64,000 nucleotides of DNA from Squalus acanthias (taxonomy: Eukaryota): contig JASTWF010000033.1 of the NCBI GenBank assembly GCA_030390025.1, positions 1,428,001-1,492,000 of the forward strand, given 5' to 3'. Position numbers and translations under genes: made by a program. This document shows, piece after piece, positions 1-14,342 of the stretch (position 1 is its first letter; every line of letters starts with the position of its first letter). Under the pieces are notes generated by a model. It did no database searches. It was given only the letters and a program-made list of their open reading frames with translations, and was not told the DNA's origin.

Positions 1-3000
1 TCAATCTCTCATCATAGGACAGCCCTCACATCCCAGGTATCAATCCAGTGAGTACAGGCCCAGCCTACTCAATCTCTCATTCATAGGACAGCCCGCTCAT
101 CCCAGGTATCAATCCAGTGAGTACAGGCCCAGCCTACTCAATCTCTCATCATAGGACAGCCCTCTCATCCCAGGTATCAATCCAGTGAGTACAGGCCCAG
201 CCTACTCAATCTCTCATCATAGGACAGCCCTCTCATCCCAGGTATCAATCCAGTGAGTACAGGCCCAGCCTACTCAATCTCTCATCATAGGACAGCCCTC
301 TCATCCCAGGTATCAATCCAGTGAGTACAGGCCCAGCCTACTCAATCTCTCATCATAGGACAGCCCGCTCATCCCAGGTATCAATCCAGTGAGTAGAGGC
401 CCAGCCTACTCAATCTCTCATCATAGGACAGCCCTCTCATCCCAGGTATCAATCCAGAGAGTACAGGCCCAGCCTACTCAATCTCTCATCATAGGACAAG
501 CCCTCTCATCCCAGGTATCAATCCAGTGAGTACAGGCCCAGCCTACTCAATCTCTCATCATAGGACAGCCCGCTCATCCCAGGTATCAATCCAGTGAGTA
601 CAGGCCCAGCCTACTCAATCTCTCATCATAGGACAGCCCTCTCATCCCAGGTATCAATCCAGTGAGTACAGGCCCAGCCTACTCAATCTCTCATCATAGG
701 ACAGCCCGCTCATCCCAGGTATCAATCCAGTGAGTACAGGCCCAGCCTACTCAATCTCTCATCATAGGACAGCCCGCTCATCCCAGGTATCAATCCAGTG
801 AGTACAGGCCCAGCCTACTCAATCTCTCATCATAGGACAGCCCGCTCATCCCAGGTATCAATCCAGTGAGTACAGGCCCAGCCTACTCAATCTCTCATCA
901 TAGGACAGCCCTCTCATCCCAGGTATCAATCCAGTGAGTACAGGCCCAGCCTACTCAATCTCTCATCATAGGACAGCCCTCTCATCCCAGGTATCAATCC
1001 AGTGAGTACAGGCCCAGCCTACTCAATCACTCATCATAGGACAGCCCTCTCATCCCAGGTATCAATCCAGTGAGTACAGGCCCAGCCTACTCAATCTCTC
1101 ATCATAGGACAGCCCTCTCATCCCAGGTATCAATCCAGTGAGTACAGGCCCAGCCTACTCAATCTCTCATCATAGGACAGCCCTCTCATCCCAGGTATCA
1201 ATCCAGTGAGTACAGGCCCAGCCTACTCAATCTCTCATCAAAGGACAGCCCTCTCATCCCAGGTATCAATCCAGTGAGTACAGGCCCAGCCTACTCAATC
1301 TCTCATCATAGGACAGCCCTCTCATCCCAGGTATCAATCCAGTGAGTACAGGCCCAGCCTACTCAATCTCTCATCATAGGACAGCCCGCTCATCCCAGGT
1401 ATCAATCCAGTGAGTAGAGGCCCAGCCTACTCAATCTCTCATCATAGACAGCTCCTCTCATCCCAGGTATCAATCCAGTGAGTACAGGCCCAGCCTACTC
1501 AATCTCTCATCATAGACAGCCCTCTCATCCCAGGTATCAATCCAGTGAGTACAGGCCCAGCCACTCAATCTCTCATCATAGGACAGCCCTCTCATCCCAG
1601 GTATCAATCCAGTGAGTACAGGCCCAGCCTACTCAATCTCTCATCATAGGACAGCCGCTCATCCCAGGTATCAATCCAGTGAGTACAGGCCCAGCCTACT
1701 CAATCTCTCATCATAGGACAGCCCTCTCATCCCAGGTATCAATCCAGTGAGTACAGGCCCAGCCTACTCAATCTCTCATCATAGGACAGCCCTCTCATCC
1801 CAGGTATCAATCCAGTGAGTACAGGCCCAGCCTACTCAATCTCTCATCATAGGACAGCCCTCTCATCCCAGGTATCAATCCAGAGAGTACAGGCCCAGCC
1901 TACTCAATCTCTCATCATAGGACAGCCCTCTCATCCCAGGTATCAATCCAGAGAGTACAGGGCCCAGCCTACTCAATCTCTCATCATAGGACAGCCCTCT
2001 CATCCCAGGTATCAATCCAGTGAGTACAGGCCCAGCCTACTCAATCTCTCATCATAGGACAGCCCGCTCATCCCAGGTATCAATCCAGTGAGTACAGGCC
2101 CAGCCTACTCAATCTCTCATCATAGGACAGCCCGCTCATCCCAGGTATCAATCCAGTGAGTACAGGCCAGCCTACTCAATCTCTCATCATAGGACAGCCC
2201 TCTCATCCAGGTATCATCCAGTGAGTACAGAGCCCAGCCTACTCCAATCTCTCATCATAGACAGCCCTCTCATCCCAGGGTATCAATCCAGTGAGTACAG
2301 GCCCAGCCTACTCAATCTCTCATCATAGGACAGCCGCTCATCCCAGGTTATCAATCCATGTGAGTAGCAGGCCCAGCCTACTCAATCTCACATTCATAGG
2401 ACAGCCCTCTCATCCAGGTATCAATCCAGTGAGTACAGGCCCCAGCCTATCAATCTCTCATCATAGGACAGGCCCGCTCATCCCAGGTATCAATCCAGTG
2501 AGTACAGGCCCAGCCTACTCAATCTCTCATCATAGGACAGCCCTCTCATCCAGGTATCAATCCAGTGAGTACAGGCCCAGCCTACTCAATCTCTCATCAT
2601 AGGACAGCCCTCTCATCCCAGGTATCAATCCAGTGAGTACAGGCCCAGCCTACTCAATCTCTCATCATAGACAGCCCTCTCATCCCAGGTATCAATCCAG
2701 TGAGTACAGGCCCAGCCTACTCAATCTCTCATCATAGGACAGCCCTCTCATCCCAGGTATCAATCCAGTGAGTACAGGCCCAGCCTACTCAATCTCTCAT
2801 CATAGGACAGCCCGCTCATCCAGGTATCAATCCAGTGAGTACAGGCCCAGCCTACTCAATCTCTCATCATAGGACAGCCTCTCATCCCAGGTATCAATCC
2901 AGAGAGTACAGGCCCAGCCTACTCAATCTCTCATCATAGGACAGCCCGCTCATCCCAGGTATCAATCCAGTGAGTAGAGGCCCAGCCTACTCAATCTCTC

Positions 3001-6000
3001 ATCATAGGACAGCCCTCTCATCCCAGGTATCAATCCAGAGAGTACAGGCCCAGCCTACTCAATCTCTCATCATAGGACAGCCCTCATCCCAGGTATCAAT
3101 CCAGTGAGTAACAGGCCCAGCCTACTCAATCTCTCATCATAGGACAGCCCGCTCATCCCAGGATCAATCCAGTGAGTACAGGCCCAGCCTACTCAATCTC
3201 TCTCATAGGACAGCCCGCTCATCCCAGGTATCAATCCAGAGAGTACAGGCCCAGCCTACTCATCTCTCATCATAGGACAGCCCGCTCATCCCAGGTATCA
3301 ATCAGTGAGTACAGGCCCAGCCTACTCAATCTCTCATACATAGGACAGCCCGCTCATCCCAGGTATCAATCGCAGTGAGTCAGGCCCAGCCTACTCAATC
3401 TCTCATCAATAGGACAGCCCTCTCATCCCAGGTATCAATCCAGTGAGTACAGGCCCCAGCCTACTCAATCTCTCATCATAGGACAGCCCTCTCATCCCAG
3501 GTATCAATCCAGAGAGTACAGGCCCCAGCCTACTCATCTCTCATCATAGGACAGCCCTCTCATCCCAGGTATCAATCCAGGAGGAGTACAGGCCCAGCCT
3601 ACTCAATCTCTCATCATAGGACAGCCCTCTCATCCCAGGTATCAATCCAGAGAGTACAGGCCCAGCCTACTCAATCTCTCATCATAGGACAGCCCTCTCA
3701 TCCCAGGTATCAATCCAGAGAGTACAGGCCCAGCCTACTCAATCTCTCATCATAGGACAGCCCTCTCATCCCAGGTATCAATCCAGAGAGTACAGGCCCA
3801 GCCTACTCAATTCTCTCATCATAGGCCAGCCCTCTCATCCAGTATCAATCCAGTGAGTACAGGCCCAGCCTACTCAATCTCTCATCATAGGACAGCCCTC
3901 TCACCCAGGTATCAATCCAGTGAGTAGAGGCCCAGCCTACATCAATCTCTCATCATAAGGACAGCCCTCTCATCCCAGGTATCAATCCAGTGAGTACAGG
4001 CCCAGCCATACTCAATCTCTCATCATAGGACAGCCCGCTCATCCCAGGTATCAATCCAGTGAGTACAGGCCCAGCCTACTCAATCTCTCATCATAGGACA
4101 GCCCTCTCATCCCAGGTATCAATCCTGTGAGTACAGGCCCAGCCTACTCAATCTCTCATCATAGGACAGCCCGCTCATCCCAGGTATCAATCCAGTGGAG
4201 TACAGGCCCAGCCTACTCAATCTCTCATCATAGGACAGCCCTCTCATCCCAGGTATCAATCCAGTGAGTAGCAGGCCCAGCCTACTCAATCTCTCATCAT
4301 AGGACCGCCCTCTCATCCCAGGTATCAATCCAGTGAGTACAGGCCCAGCCTACTCAATCTCTCATCATAGGACAGCCCTCTCATCCCAGGTATCAATCCA
4401 GAGAGTACAGGCCCAGCCTACTCAATCTCTCATCATAGGACAGCCACTCATCCCAGGTATCAATCCAGAGAGTACAGGCCCAGCCTACTCAATCTCTCAT
4501 CATAGGACAGGCCCGCTCATCCAGGTATCAATCCAGTGAGTACAGGCCCAGCCTACTCAATCTCTCTCATAGGACAGCCCTCTCATCCCAGGTATCAATC
4601 CAGTGAGTACAGGCCAGCCTACTCAATCTCTCATCATAGGACAGCCCTCTCATCCCAGGTATCAATCCAGTGAGTACAGGCCCAGCCTACTCAATCTCTC
4701 ATCATAGGGACAGCCCTCTCATCCCAGGTATCAATCCAGTGAGTACAGGCCCAGCCTACTCAATCTCTCATCATAGGACAGCCCTCTCATCCCAGGTATC
4801 AATCCAGAGAGTACAGGCCCAGCCTACTCAATCTCTCATCATAGGACAGCCCTCTCATCCCAGGTATCAATCCAGAGAGTACAGGCCCAGCCTACTCAAT
4901 CTCTCATCATAGGACAGCCCTCTCATCCAGGTATCAATCCAGTGAGTAGAGGCCCAGCCTACTCAATCTCTCATCATAGGACAGCCTCTCATCCCAGGTA
5001 TCAATCCGAGTGAGTAGAGGCCCAGCCTACTCAATCTCTCATCATAGGACAGCCCTCTCATCCCAGGTATCAATCCAGTGAGTACAGGCCCAGCCTACTC
5101 AATCTCTCATCATAGGACAGCCCGCTCATCCCAGGTATCAATCCAGTGAGTACAGGCCCAGCCTACTCAATCTCTCATCATAGGACAGCCCGCTCATCCC
5201 AGGTATCAATCCAGTGAGTACAGGCCCAGCCTACTCAATCTCTCATCATAGGACAGCCCGCTCATCCCAGGTATCAATCCAGTGAGTACAGGCCCAGCCT
5301 ACTCAATCTCTCATCATAGGACAGCCCTCTCATCCCAGGTATCAATCCAGAGAGTACAGGCCCAGCCTACTCAATCTCTCATCATAGGACAGCCCTCTCA
5401 TCCCAGGTATCAATCCAGTGAGTACAGGCCCAGCCTACTCAATCTCTATCATAGGACAGCCCTCTCATCCCAGGTATCAATCCAGTGAGTACAGGCCCAG
5501 CCTACTCAATCTCTCATCATAGGACAGCCCTCTCATCCCAGGTATCAATCCAGTGAGTACAGGCCCAGCCTACTCAATCTCTCATCATAGGACAGCCCTC
5601 TCATCCCAGGTATCAATCCAGTGAGTACAGGCCCAGCCTACTCAATCTCTCATCATAGGACAGCCCTCTCATCCCAGGTATCAATCCAGTGAGTACAGGC
5701 CCAGCCTACTCAATCTCTCATCATAGGACAGCCCTCTCATCCCAGGTATCAATCCAGTGAGTACAGGCCCAGCCTACTCAATCTCTCATCATAGGACAGC
5801 CCGCTCATCCCAGGTATCAATCCAGAGAGTACAGGCCCAGCCTACTCAATCTCTCATCATAGGACAGCCCTCTCATCCCAGGTATCAATCCAGAGAGTAC
5901 AGGCCCAGCCTACTCAATCTCTCATCATAGGACAGCCCGCTCATCCCAGGTATCAATCCAGTGAGTACAGGCCCAGCCTACTCAATCTCTCATCATAGGA

Positions 6001-9000
6001 CAGCCCGCTCATCCCAGGTATCAATCCAGTGAGTACAGGCCCAGCCTACTCAATCTCTCATCATAGGACAGCCCGCTCATCCCAGGTATCAATCCAGAGA
6101 GTAGAGGCCCAGCCTACTCAATCTCTCATCATAGGACAGCCCGCTCATCCCAGGTATCAATCCAGTGAGTACAGGCCCAGCCTACTCAATCTCTCATCAT
6201 AGGACAGCCCGCTCATCCCAGGTATCAATCCAGTGAGTACAGGCCCAGCCTACTCAATCTCTCATCATAGGACAGCCCGCTCATCCCAGGTATCAATCCA
6301 GTGAGTACAGGCCCAGCCTACTCAATCTCTCATCATAGGACAGCCCGCTCATCCCAGGTATCAATCCAGTGAGTACAGGCCCAGCCTACTCAATCTCTCA
6401 TCATAGGACAGCCCTCTCATCCCAGGTATCAATCCAGAGAGTACAGGCCCAGCCTACTCAATCTCTCATCATAGGACAGCCCTCTCATCCCAGGTATCAA
6501 TCCAGAGAGTACAGGCCCAGCCTACTCAATCTCTCATCATAGGACAGCCCCTCTCATCCCAGGTATCAATCCAGTGAGTACAGGCCCCAGCCTACTCAAT
6601 CTCTCATCATAGGACAGCCCTCTCATCCCAGGTATCAATCCAGTGAGTACAGGCCCAGCCTACTCAATCTCTCATCATAGGACAGCCCTCTCATCCCAGG
6701 TATCAATCCAGAGAGTACAGGCCCAGCCTACTCAATCTCTCATCATAGGACAGCCCTCTCATCCCAGGTATCAATCCAGTGAGTACAGGCCCAGCCTACT
6801 CAATCTCTCATCATAGGACAGCCCTCTCATCCAGGTATCAATCCAGTGAGTACAGGCCCAGCCTACTCAATCTCTCATCATAGGACAGCCCTCTCATCCC
6901 AGGTATCAATCCAGTGAGTACAGGCCCAGCCTACTCAATCTCTCATCATAGGACAGCCCTCTCATCCCAGGTATCAATCCAGTGAGTACAGGCCCAGCCT
7001 ACTCAATCTCTCATCAAGGACAGCCCTCTCATCCCAGGTATCAATCCAGTGAGTACAGGCCCAGCCTACTCAATCTCTCATCATAGGACAGCCCTCTCAT
7101 CCCAGGTATCAATCCAGTGAGTACAGGCCCAGCCTACTCAATCTCTCATCATAGGACAGCCCTCTCATCCCAGGTATCTCAATCCAGTGAGTACAGGCCC
7201 AGCCTACTCAATCTCTCATCATAGGACAGCCCGCTCATCCCAGGTATCAATCCAGTGAGTACAGGCCCAGCCTACTCAATCTCTCATCATAGGACAGCCC
7301 TCTCATCCCAGGTATCAATCAGTGAGTAGAGGCCCAGCCTACTCAATCTCTCATCATAGGACAGCCCTCTCATCCCAGGTATCAATCAGAGAGTACCAGG
7401 CCCAGCCTACTCAATCTCTCATCATAGGACAGCCCTCTCATCCCAGGTATCAATCCAGAGAGTACAGGCCCAGCCTACTCAATCTCATCATAGGACAGCC
7501 CTCTCATCCCAGGTATCAATCCAGTGAGTACAGGCCCAGCCTACTCAATCTCTCATCATAGGACAGCCCGCTCATCCCAGGTATCAATCCAGTGATTACA
7601 GGCCCAGCCTACTCAATCTCTCATCATAGGACAGCCCTCTCATCCCAGGTATCAATCCAGTGAGTACAGGCCCAGCCTACTCAATCTCTCATCATAGGAC
7701 AGCCCTCTCATCCCAGGTATCAATCCAGTGAGTACAGGCCCAGCCTACTCAATCTCTCATCATAGGACAGCCCTCTCATCCCAGGTATCAATCCAGAGAG
7801 TACAGGCCCAGCCTACTCAATCTCTCATCATAGGACAGCCCTCTCATCCCAGGTATCAATCCAGAGAGTACAGGCCCAGCCTACTCAATCTCTCATCATA
7901 GGACAGCCCTCTCATCCCAGGTATCAATCCAGAGAGTAGAGGCCCAGCCTACTCAATCTCTCATCATAGGACAGCCCTCTCATCCCAGGTATCAATCCAG
8001 AGAGTAGAGGCCCAGCCTACTCAATCTCTCATCATAGGACAGCCCTCTCATCCCAGGTATCAATCCAGTGAGTACAGGCCCAGCCTACTCAATCTCTCAT
8101 CATAGGACAGCCCGCTCATCCCAGGTATCAATCCAGTGAGTACAGGCCCAGCCTACTCAATCTCTCATCATAGGACAGCCCGCTCATCCCAGGTATCAAT
8201 CCAGTGAGTACAGGCCCAGCCTACTCAATCTCTCATCATAGGACAGCCCGCTCATCCCAGGTATCAATCCAGTGAGTACAGGCCCAGCCTACTCAATCTC
8301 TCATCATAGGACAGCCCTCTCATCCCAGGTATCAATCCAGAGAGTACAGGCCCAGCCTACTCAATCTCTTATCATAGGACAGCCCTCTCATCCCAGGTAT
8401 CAATCCAGTGAGTACAGGCCCAGCCTACTCAATCTCTTATCATAGGACAGCCCTCTCATCCCAGGTATCAATCCAGTGAGTACAGGCCCAACCTACTCAA
8501 TCTCTCATCATAGGACAGCCCTCTCATCCCAGGTATCAATCCAGAGAGTACAGGCCCAGCCTACTCAATCTCTCATCATAGGACAGCCCTCTCATCCCAG
8601 GTATCAATCCAGAGAGTACAGGCCCAGCCTACTCAATCTCTCATCATAGGACAGCCCTCTCATCCCAGTATCAATCCAGTGAGTACAGGCCCAGCCTACT
8701 CAATCTCTCATCATAGGACAGCCCGCTCATCCCAGGTATCAATCCAGTGAGTACAGGCCCAGCCTACTCAATCTCTCATCATAGGACAGCCCGCTCATCC
8801 CAGGGTATCAATCCAGAGAGTACAGGCCCAGCCTACTCAATCTCTCATCATAGGACAGCCCGCTCATCCCAGGTATCAATCCAGAGAGTACAGGCCCAGC
8901 CTACTCAATCTCTCATCATAGGACAGCCCGCTCATCCCAGGTATCAATCCAGTGAGTAGAGGCCCAGCCTACTCAATCTCTCATCATAGGACAGCCCGCT

Positions 9001-12000
9001 CATCCCAGGTATCAATCCAGAGAGTACAGGCCCAGCCTACTCAATCTCTCATCATAGGACAGCCCGCTCATCCCAGGTATCAATCCAGAGAGTAGAGGCC
9101 CAGCCTACTCAATCTCTCATCATAGGACAGCCCGCTCATCCCAGGTATCAATCCAGTGAGTACAGGCCCAGCCTACTCAATCTCTCATCATAGGACAGCC
9201 CGCTCATCCCAGGTATCAATCCAGAGAGTACAGGCCCAGCCTACTCAATCTCTCATCATAGGACAGCCCGCTCATCCCAGGTATCAATCCAGTGAGTAGA
9301 GGCCCAGCCTACTCAATCTCTCATCATAGGACAGCCCGCTCATCCCAGGTATCAATCCCGTGAGTACAGGCCCAGCCTACTCAATCTCTCATCATAGGAC
9401 AGCCCTCTCATCCCAGGTATCAATCCAGTGAGTACAGGCCCAGCCTACTCAATCTCTCATCATAGGACAGCCCTCTCATCCCAGGTATCAATCCAGAGAG
9501 TACAGGCCCAGCCTACTCAATCTCTCATCATAGGACAGCCCTCTCATCCCAGGTATCAATCCAGTGAGTACAGGCCCAGCCTACTCAATCTCTCATCATA
9601 GGACAGCCCTCTCATCCCAGGTATCAATCCGTGAGTACAGGCCCAGCCTACTCAATCTCTCATCATAGGACAGCCCTCTCATCCCAGGTATCAATCCAGA
9701 GAGTACAGGCCCAGCCTACTCAATCTCTCATCATAGGACAGCCCTCTCATCCCAGGTATCAATCCAGTGAGTACAGGCCCAGCCTACTCAATCTCTCATC
9801 ATAGGACAGCCCTCTCATCCCAGGTATCAATCCAGTGAGTACAGGGCCCAGCCTACTCAATCTCTCATCATAGGACAGCCCGCTCATCCCAGGTATCAAT
9901 CCAGTGAGTAGAGGCCCAGCCTACTCAATCTCTCATCATAGGACAGCCCTCTCATCCCAGGTATCAATCCAGAGAGTACAGGCCCAGCCTACTCAATCTC
10001 TCATCATAGGACAGCCCCGCTCATCCCAGGTATCAATCCAGTGAGTACAGGCCCAGCCTACTCAATCTCTCATCATAGGACAGCCCGCTCATCCCAGGTA
10101 TCAATCCAGAGAGTAGAGGCCCAGCCTACTCAATCTCTCATCATAGTACAGCCCTCTCATCCCAGGTATCAATCCAGTGAGTACAGGCCCAGCCTACTCA
10201 ATCTCTCATCATAGGACAGCCCGCTCATCCCAGGTATCAATCCAGTGAGTAGAGGCCCAGCCTACTCAATCTCTCATCATAGGACAGCCCGCTCATCCCA
10301 GGTATCAATCCAGTGAGTAGAGGCCCAGCCTACTCAATCTCTCATCATAGGACAGCCCGCTCATCCCAGGTATCAATCCAGAGAGTACAGGCGCAGCCTA
10401 CTCAATCTCTCATCATAGGACAGCCCGCTCATCCCAGGTATCAATCCAGTGAGTAGAGGCCCAGCCTACTCAATCTCTCATCATAGGACAGCCCGCTCAT
10501 CCCAGGTATCAATCCAGTGAGTAGAGGCCCAGCCTACTCAATCTCTCATCATAGGACAGCCCTCTCATCCCAGGTATCAATCCAGAGAGTAGAGGCCCAG
10601 CCTACTCAATCTCTCATCATAGGACAGCCCTCTCATCCCAGGTATCAATCCAGTGAGTACAGGCCCAGCCTACTCAATCTCTCATCATAGGACAGCCCGC
10701 TCATCCCAGGTATCAATCCAGTGAGTACAGGCCCAGCCTACTCAATCTCTCATCATAGGACAGCCCTCTCATCCCAGGTATCAATCCAGAGAGTAGAGGC
10801 CCAGCCTACTCAATCTCTCATCATAGGACAGCCCTCTCATCCCAGGTATCAATCCAGTGAGTACAGGCCCAGCCTACTCAATCTCTCATCATAGGACAGC
10901 CCGCTCATCCCAGGTATCAATCCAGTGAGTACAGGCCCAGCCTACTCAATCTCTCATCATAGGACAGCCCTCTCATCCCAGGTATCAATCCAGAGAGTAC
11001 AGGCCCAGCCTACTCAATCTCTCATCATAGGACAGCCCGCTCATCCCAGGTATCAATCCAGTGAGTACAGGCCCAGCCTACTCAATCTCTCATCATAGGA
11101 CAGCCCGCTCATCCCAGGTATCAATCCAGAGAGTAGAGGCCCAGCCTACTCAATCTCTCATCATAGGACAGCCCTCTCATCCCAGGTATCAATCCAGTGA
11201 GTACAGGCCCAACCTACTCAATCTCTCATCATAGGACAGCCCGCTCATCCCAGGTATCAATCCAGTGAGTAGAGGCCCAGCCTACTCAATCTCTCATCAT
11301 AGGACAGCCCGCTCATCCCAGGTATCAATCCAGTGAGTAGAGGCCCAGCCTACTCAATCTCTCATCATAGGACAGCCCGCTCATCCCAGGTATCAATCCA
11401 GAGAGTACAGGCGCAGCCTACTCAATCTCTCATCATAGGACAGCCCGCTCATCCCAGGTATCAATCCAGTGAGTAGAGGCCCAGCCTACTCAATCTCTCA
11501 TCATAGGACAGCCCGCTCATCCCAGGTATCAATCCAGTGAGTAGAGGCCCAGCCTACTCAATCTCTCATCATAGGACAGCCCTCTCATCCCAGGTATCAA
11601 TCCAGAGAGTAGAGGCCCAGCCTACTCAATCTCTCATCATAGGACAGCCCTCTCATCCCAGGTATCAATCCAGTGAGTACAGGCCCAGCCTACTCAATCT
11701 CTCATCATAGGACAGCCCGCTCATCCCAGGTATCAATCCAGTGAGTACAGGCCCAGCCTACTCAATCTCTCATCATAGGACAGCCCTCTCATCCCAGGTA
11801 TCAATCCAGAGAGTAGAGGCCCAGCCTACTCAATCTCTCATCATAGGACAGCCCTCTCATCCCAGGTATCAATCCAGTGAGTACAGGCCCAGCCTACTCA
11901 ATCTCTCATCATAGGACAGCCCGCTCATCCCAGGTATCAATCCAGTGAGTACAGGCCCAGCCTACTCAATCTCTCATCATAGGACAGCCCTCTCATCCCA

Positions 12001-13172
12001 GGTATCAATCCAGAGAGTAGAGGCCCAGCCTACTCAATCTCTCATCATAGGACAGCCCTCTCATCCCAGGTATCAATCCAGTGAGTACAGGCCCAGCCTA
12101 CTCAATCTCTCATCATAGGACAGCCCGCTCATCCCAGGTATCAATCCAGTGAGTAGAGGCCCAGCCTACTCAATCTCTCATCATAGGACAGCCCTCTCAT
12201 CCCAGGTATCAATCCAGTGAGTACAGGCCCAGCCTACTCAATCTCTCATCATAGGACAGCCCTCTCATCCCAGGTATCAATCCAGTGAGTACAGGCCCAG
12301 CCTACTCAATCTCTCATCATAGGACAGCCCTCTCATCCCAGGTATCAATCCAGAGAGTAGAGGCCCAGCCTACTCAATCTCTCATCATAGGACAGCCCTC
12401 TCATCCCAGGTATCAATCCAGAGAGTACAGGCCCAGCCTACTCAATCTCTCATCATAGGACAGCCCTCTCATCCCAGGTATCAATCCAGTGAGTACAGGC
12501 CCAGCCTACTCAATCTCTTATCATAGGACAGCCCTCTCATCCCAGGTATCAATCCAGAGAGTAGAGGCCCAGCCTACTCAATCTCTCATCATAGGACAGC
12601 CCTCTCATCCCAGGTATCAATCCAGAGAGTACAGGCCCAGCCTACTCAATCTCTCATCATAGGACAGCCCTCTCATCCCAGGTATCAATCCAGAGAGTAG
12701 AGGCCCAGCCTACTCAATCTCTCATCATAGGACAGCCCTCTCATCCCAGGTATCAATCCAGAGAGTACAGGCCCAGCCTACTCAATCTCTCATCATAGGA
12801 CAGCCCTCTCATCCCAGGTATCAATCCAGAGAGTAGAGGCCCAGCCTACTCAATCTCTCATCATAGGACAGCCCTCTCATCCCAGGTATCAATCCAGAGA
12901 GTAGAGGCCCAGCCTACTCAATCTCTCATCATAGGACAGCCCTCTCATCCCAGGTATCAATCCAGAGAGTACAGGCCCAGCCTACTCAATCTCTCATCAT
13001 AGGACAGCCCTCTCATCCCAGGTATCAATCCAGAGAGTAGAGGCCCAGCCTACTCAATCTCTCATCATAGGACAGCCCTCTCATCCCAGGTATCAATCCA
13101 GTGAGTACAGGCGCAGCCTACTCAATCTCTTATCATAGGACAGCCCTCTCATCCCAGGTATCAATCCAGTGA
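1..13172. repeat. 68-bp tandem satellite (~190+ copies) derived from the CR1 ORF2 3' region
   Basis: Monomer GAGTACAGGCCCAGCCTACTCAATCTCTCATCATAGGACAGCCCTCTCATCCCAGGTATCAATCCAGT, period 68 (e.g. starts at 1681 and 1749). The minus strand translates to TGLIPGMRGLSYDERLSRLGLYS, matching the CR1 C-terminal motif seen elsewhere in the window. Confidence 0.97.
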
Positions 13173-14340
13173 ACCTTCGTTGCACAACCTCTAAGGCAAG
13201 CATGTCCTTCCTCAGATAAGGAGACCAAAACTGTGCACAGTACTCCAGGTGTGGTGTCACTAAAGCCTTTTATTATTCAGGTAGCTCGTCACTACTCTTG
13301 GACTCCAACCCCGCTGCAATAAAGGCCAACATGCCATTTTCCTTCCAAAATGCTTGCTGTACCTGCATGCTAGCGTTCTGTGTTTCCTGTACGAGGACAC
13401 CTAAATCTCTCTAAACACCAATATGTAATAGTTGGTCACCAGTTAAAAAAAATCTGTTTTTCTATTGTTCCTACCAAAGTGAAAAACCTCACGTTTCCCT
13501 ACATTATACTCCATCTGCCATCTTATTTCCCACTCACTTAGTCTATCTATATCCCTTTGCAGATTCCTTGTGTCCTCCTCACAGCTTACTGTCCCACTTA
13601 GATTTGTATCATCAGCAAACTTGGATAGATTGCACTCGGTCCCTTCATCTATGTCATTAATATAGATTGGAAATAGCTGAGTCCCCAGATCTGATCCTTG
13701 CGGCACCCCACCAGTTACAGCCTACCAACCTGAAAAAGATCAGTTAATCCAGACTCTCTGCTTTCTGTTCATTAACCAATCCTCCATCCATGCTAATATT
13801 TTGTCCCCAACCCCATGAGCACTTATCTTGTGTAATAACCTTATATGTGGCACCTTATCAAATGCCGTTTGGAAATCCAGATATGCTGCATCCACTGGTT
13901 CCCCCATATCTACCCTGTTAGGTTCATCCTCAGAAAACTCTAATACATTTGTTGAACACGATTTCCCTTTCATACAAACATGTTCACTCTGCCTAATCAT
14001 GTTATGATTTACTAAGTGCTCTGTTACCATTTCCTTAACAATGGATTCCAGCACTTTCCCGACGACTGATGTCAGGCTAACTGACCGGCAGTTCACTGTT
14101 TTCTCTCTCGCCTTTCTTGAATAGCGGTGTTACATTTGCGACCTTCCAATCCATTGGGACCGTTCCTGAACTTAGGTAATTTTGGAAGATCAAAACCCAT
14201 TCAGATACCTCTTTTAGAACCCTAGGATATAGGACATCAGGTCCAGGGGATTTGTCGGCTTTTAGTTCCATTAGTTTCTCAATTACTTTTGCTCTGCTGA
14301 TATTAGTCACTTTAAGTTTCACACACTTATTAAACCCTTG
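13173..14340 (-). mobile_element. CR1-clade LINE, 5'-truncated ORF2 (RT) remnant and parent of the 68-bp satellite
   Basis: Broken ORFs carry KSPGPD, YLDFQTAFDKVPH, PQGS-LG-LF-IYIND and KFADDT. The sequence runs without a junction into the satellite at ...CAACGAAGGTTC|ACTGGATTGATACC (minus strand). Confidence 0.93.
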
Positions 14341-14342
14341 GT

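Noticed and set aside
1815..8959. Short ORFs in the 68-bp array
   Set aside because: Created by sporadic indels in repeat monomers, many of them likely consensus errors.
1..13172. CRISPR-like array
   Set aside because: Head-to-tail monomers with no unique spacers, no cas genes, and a eukaryotic TE context.
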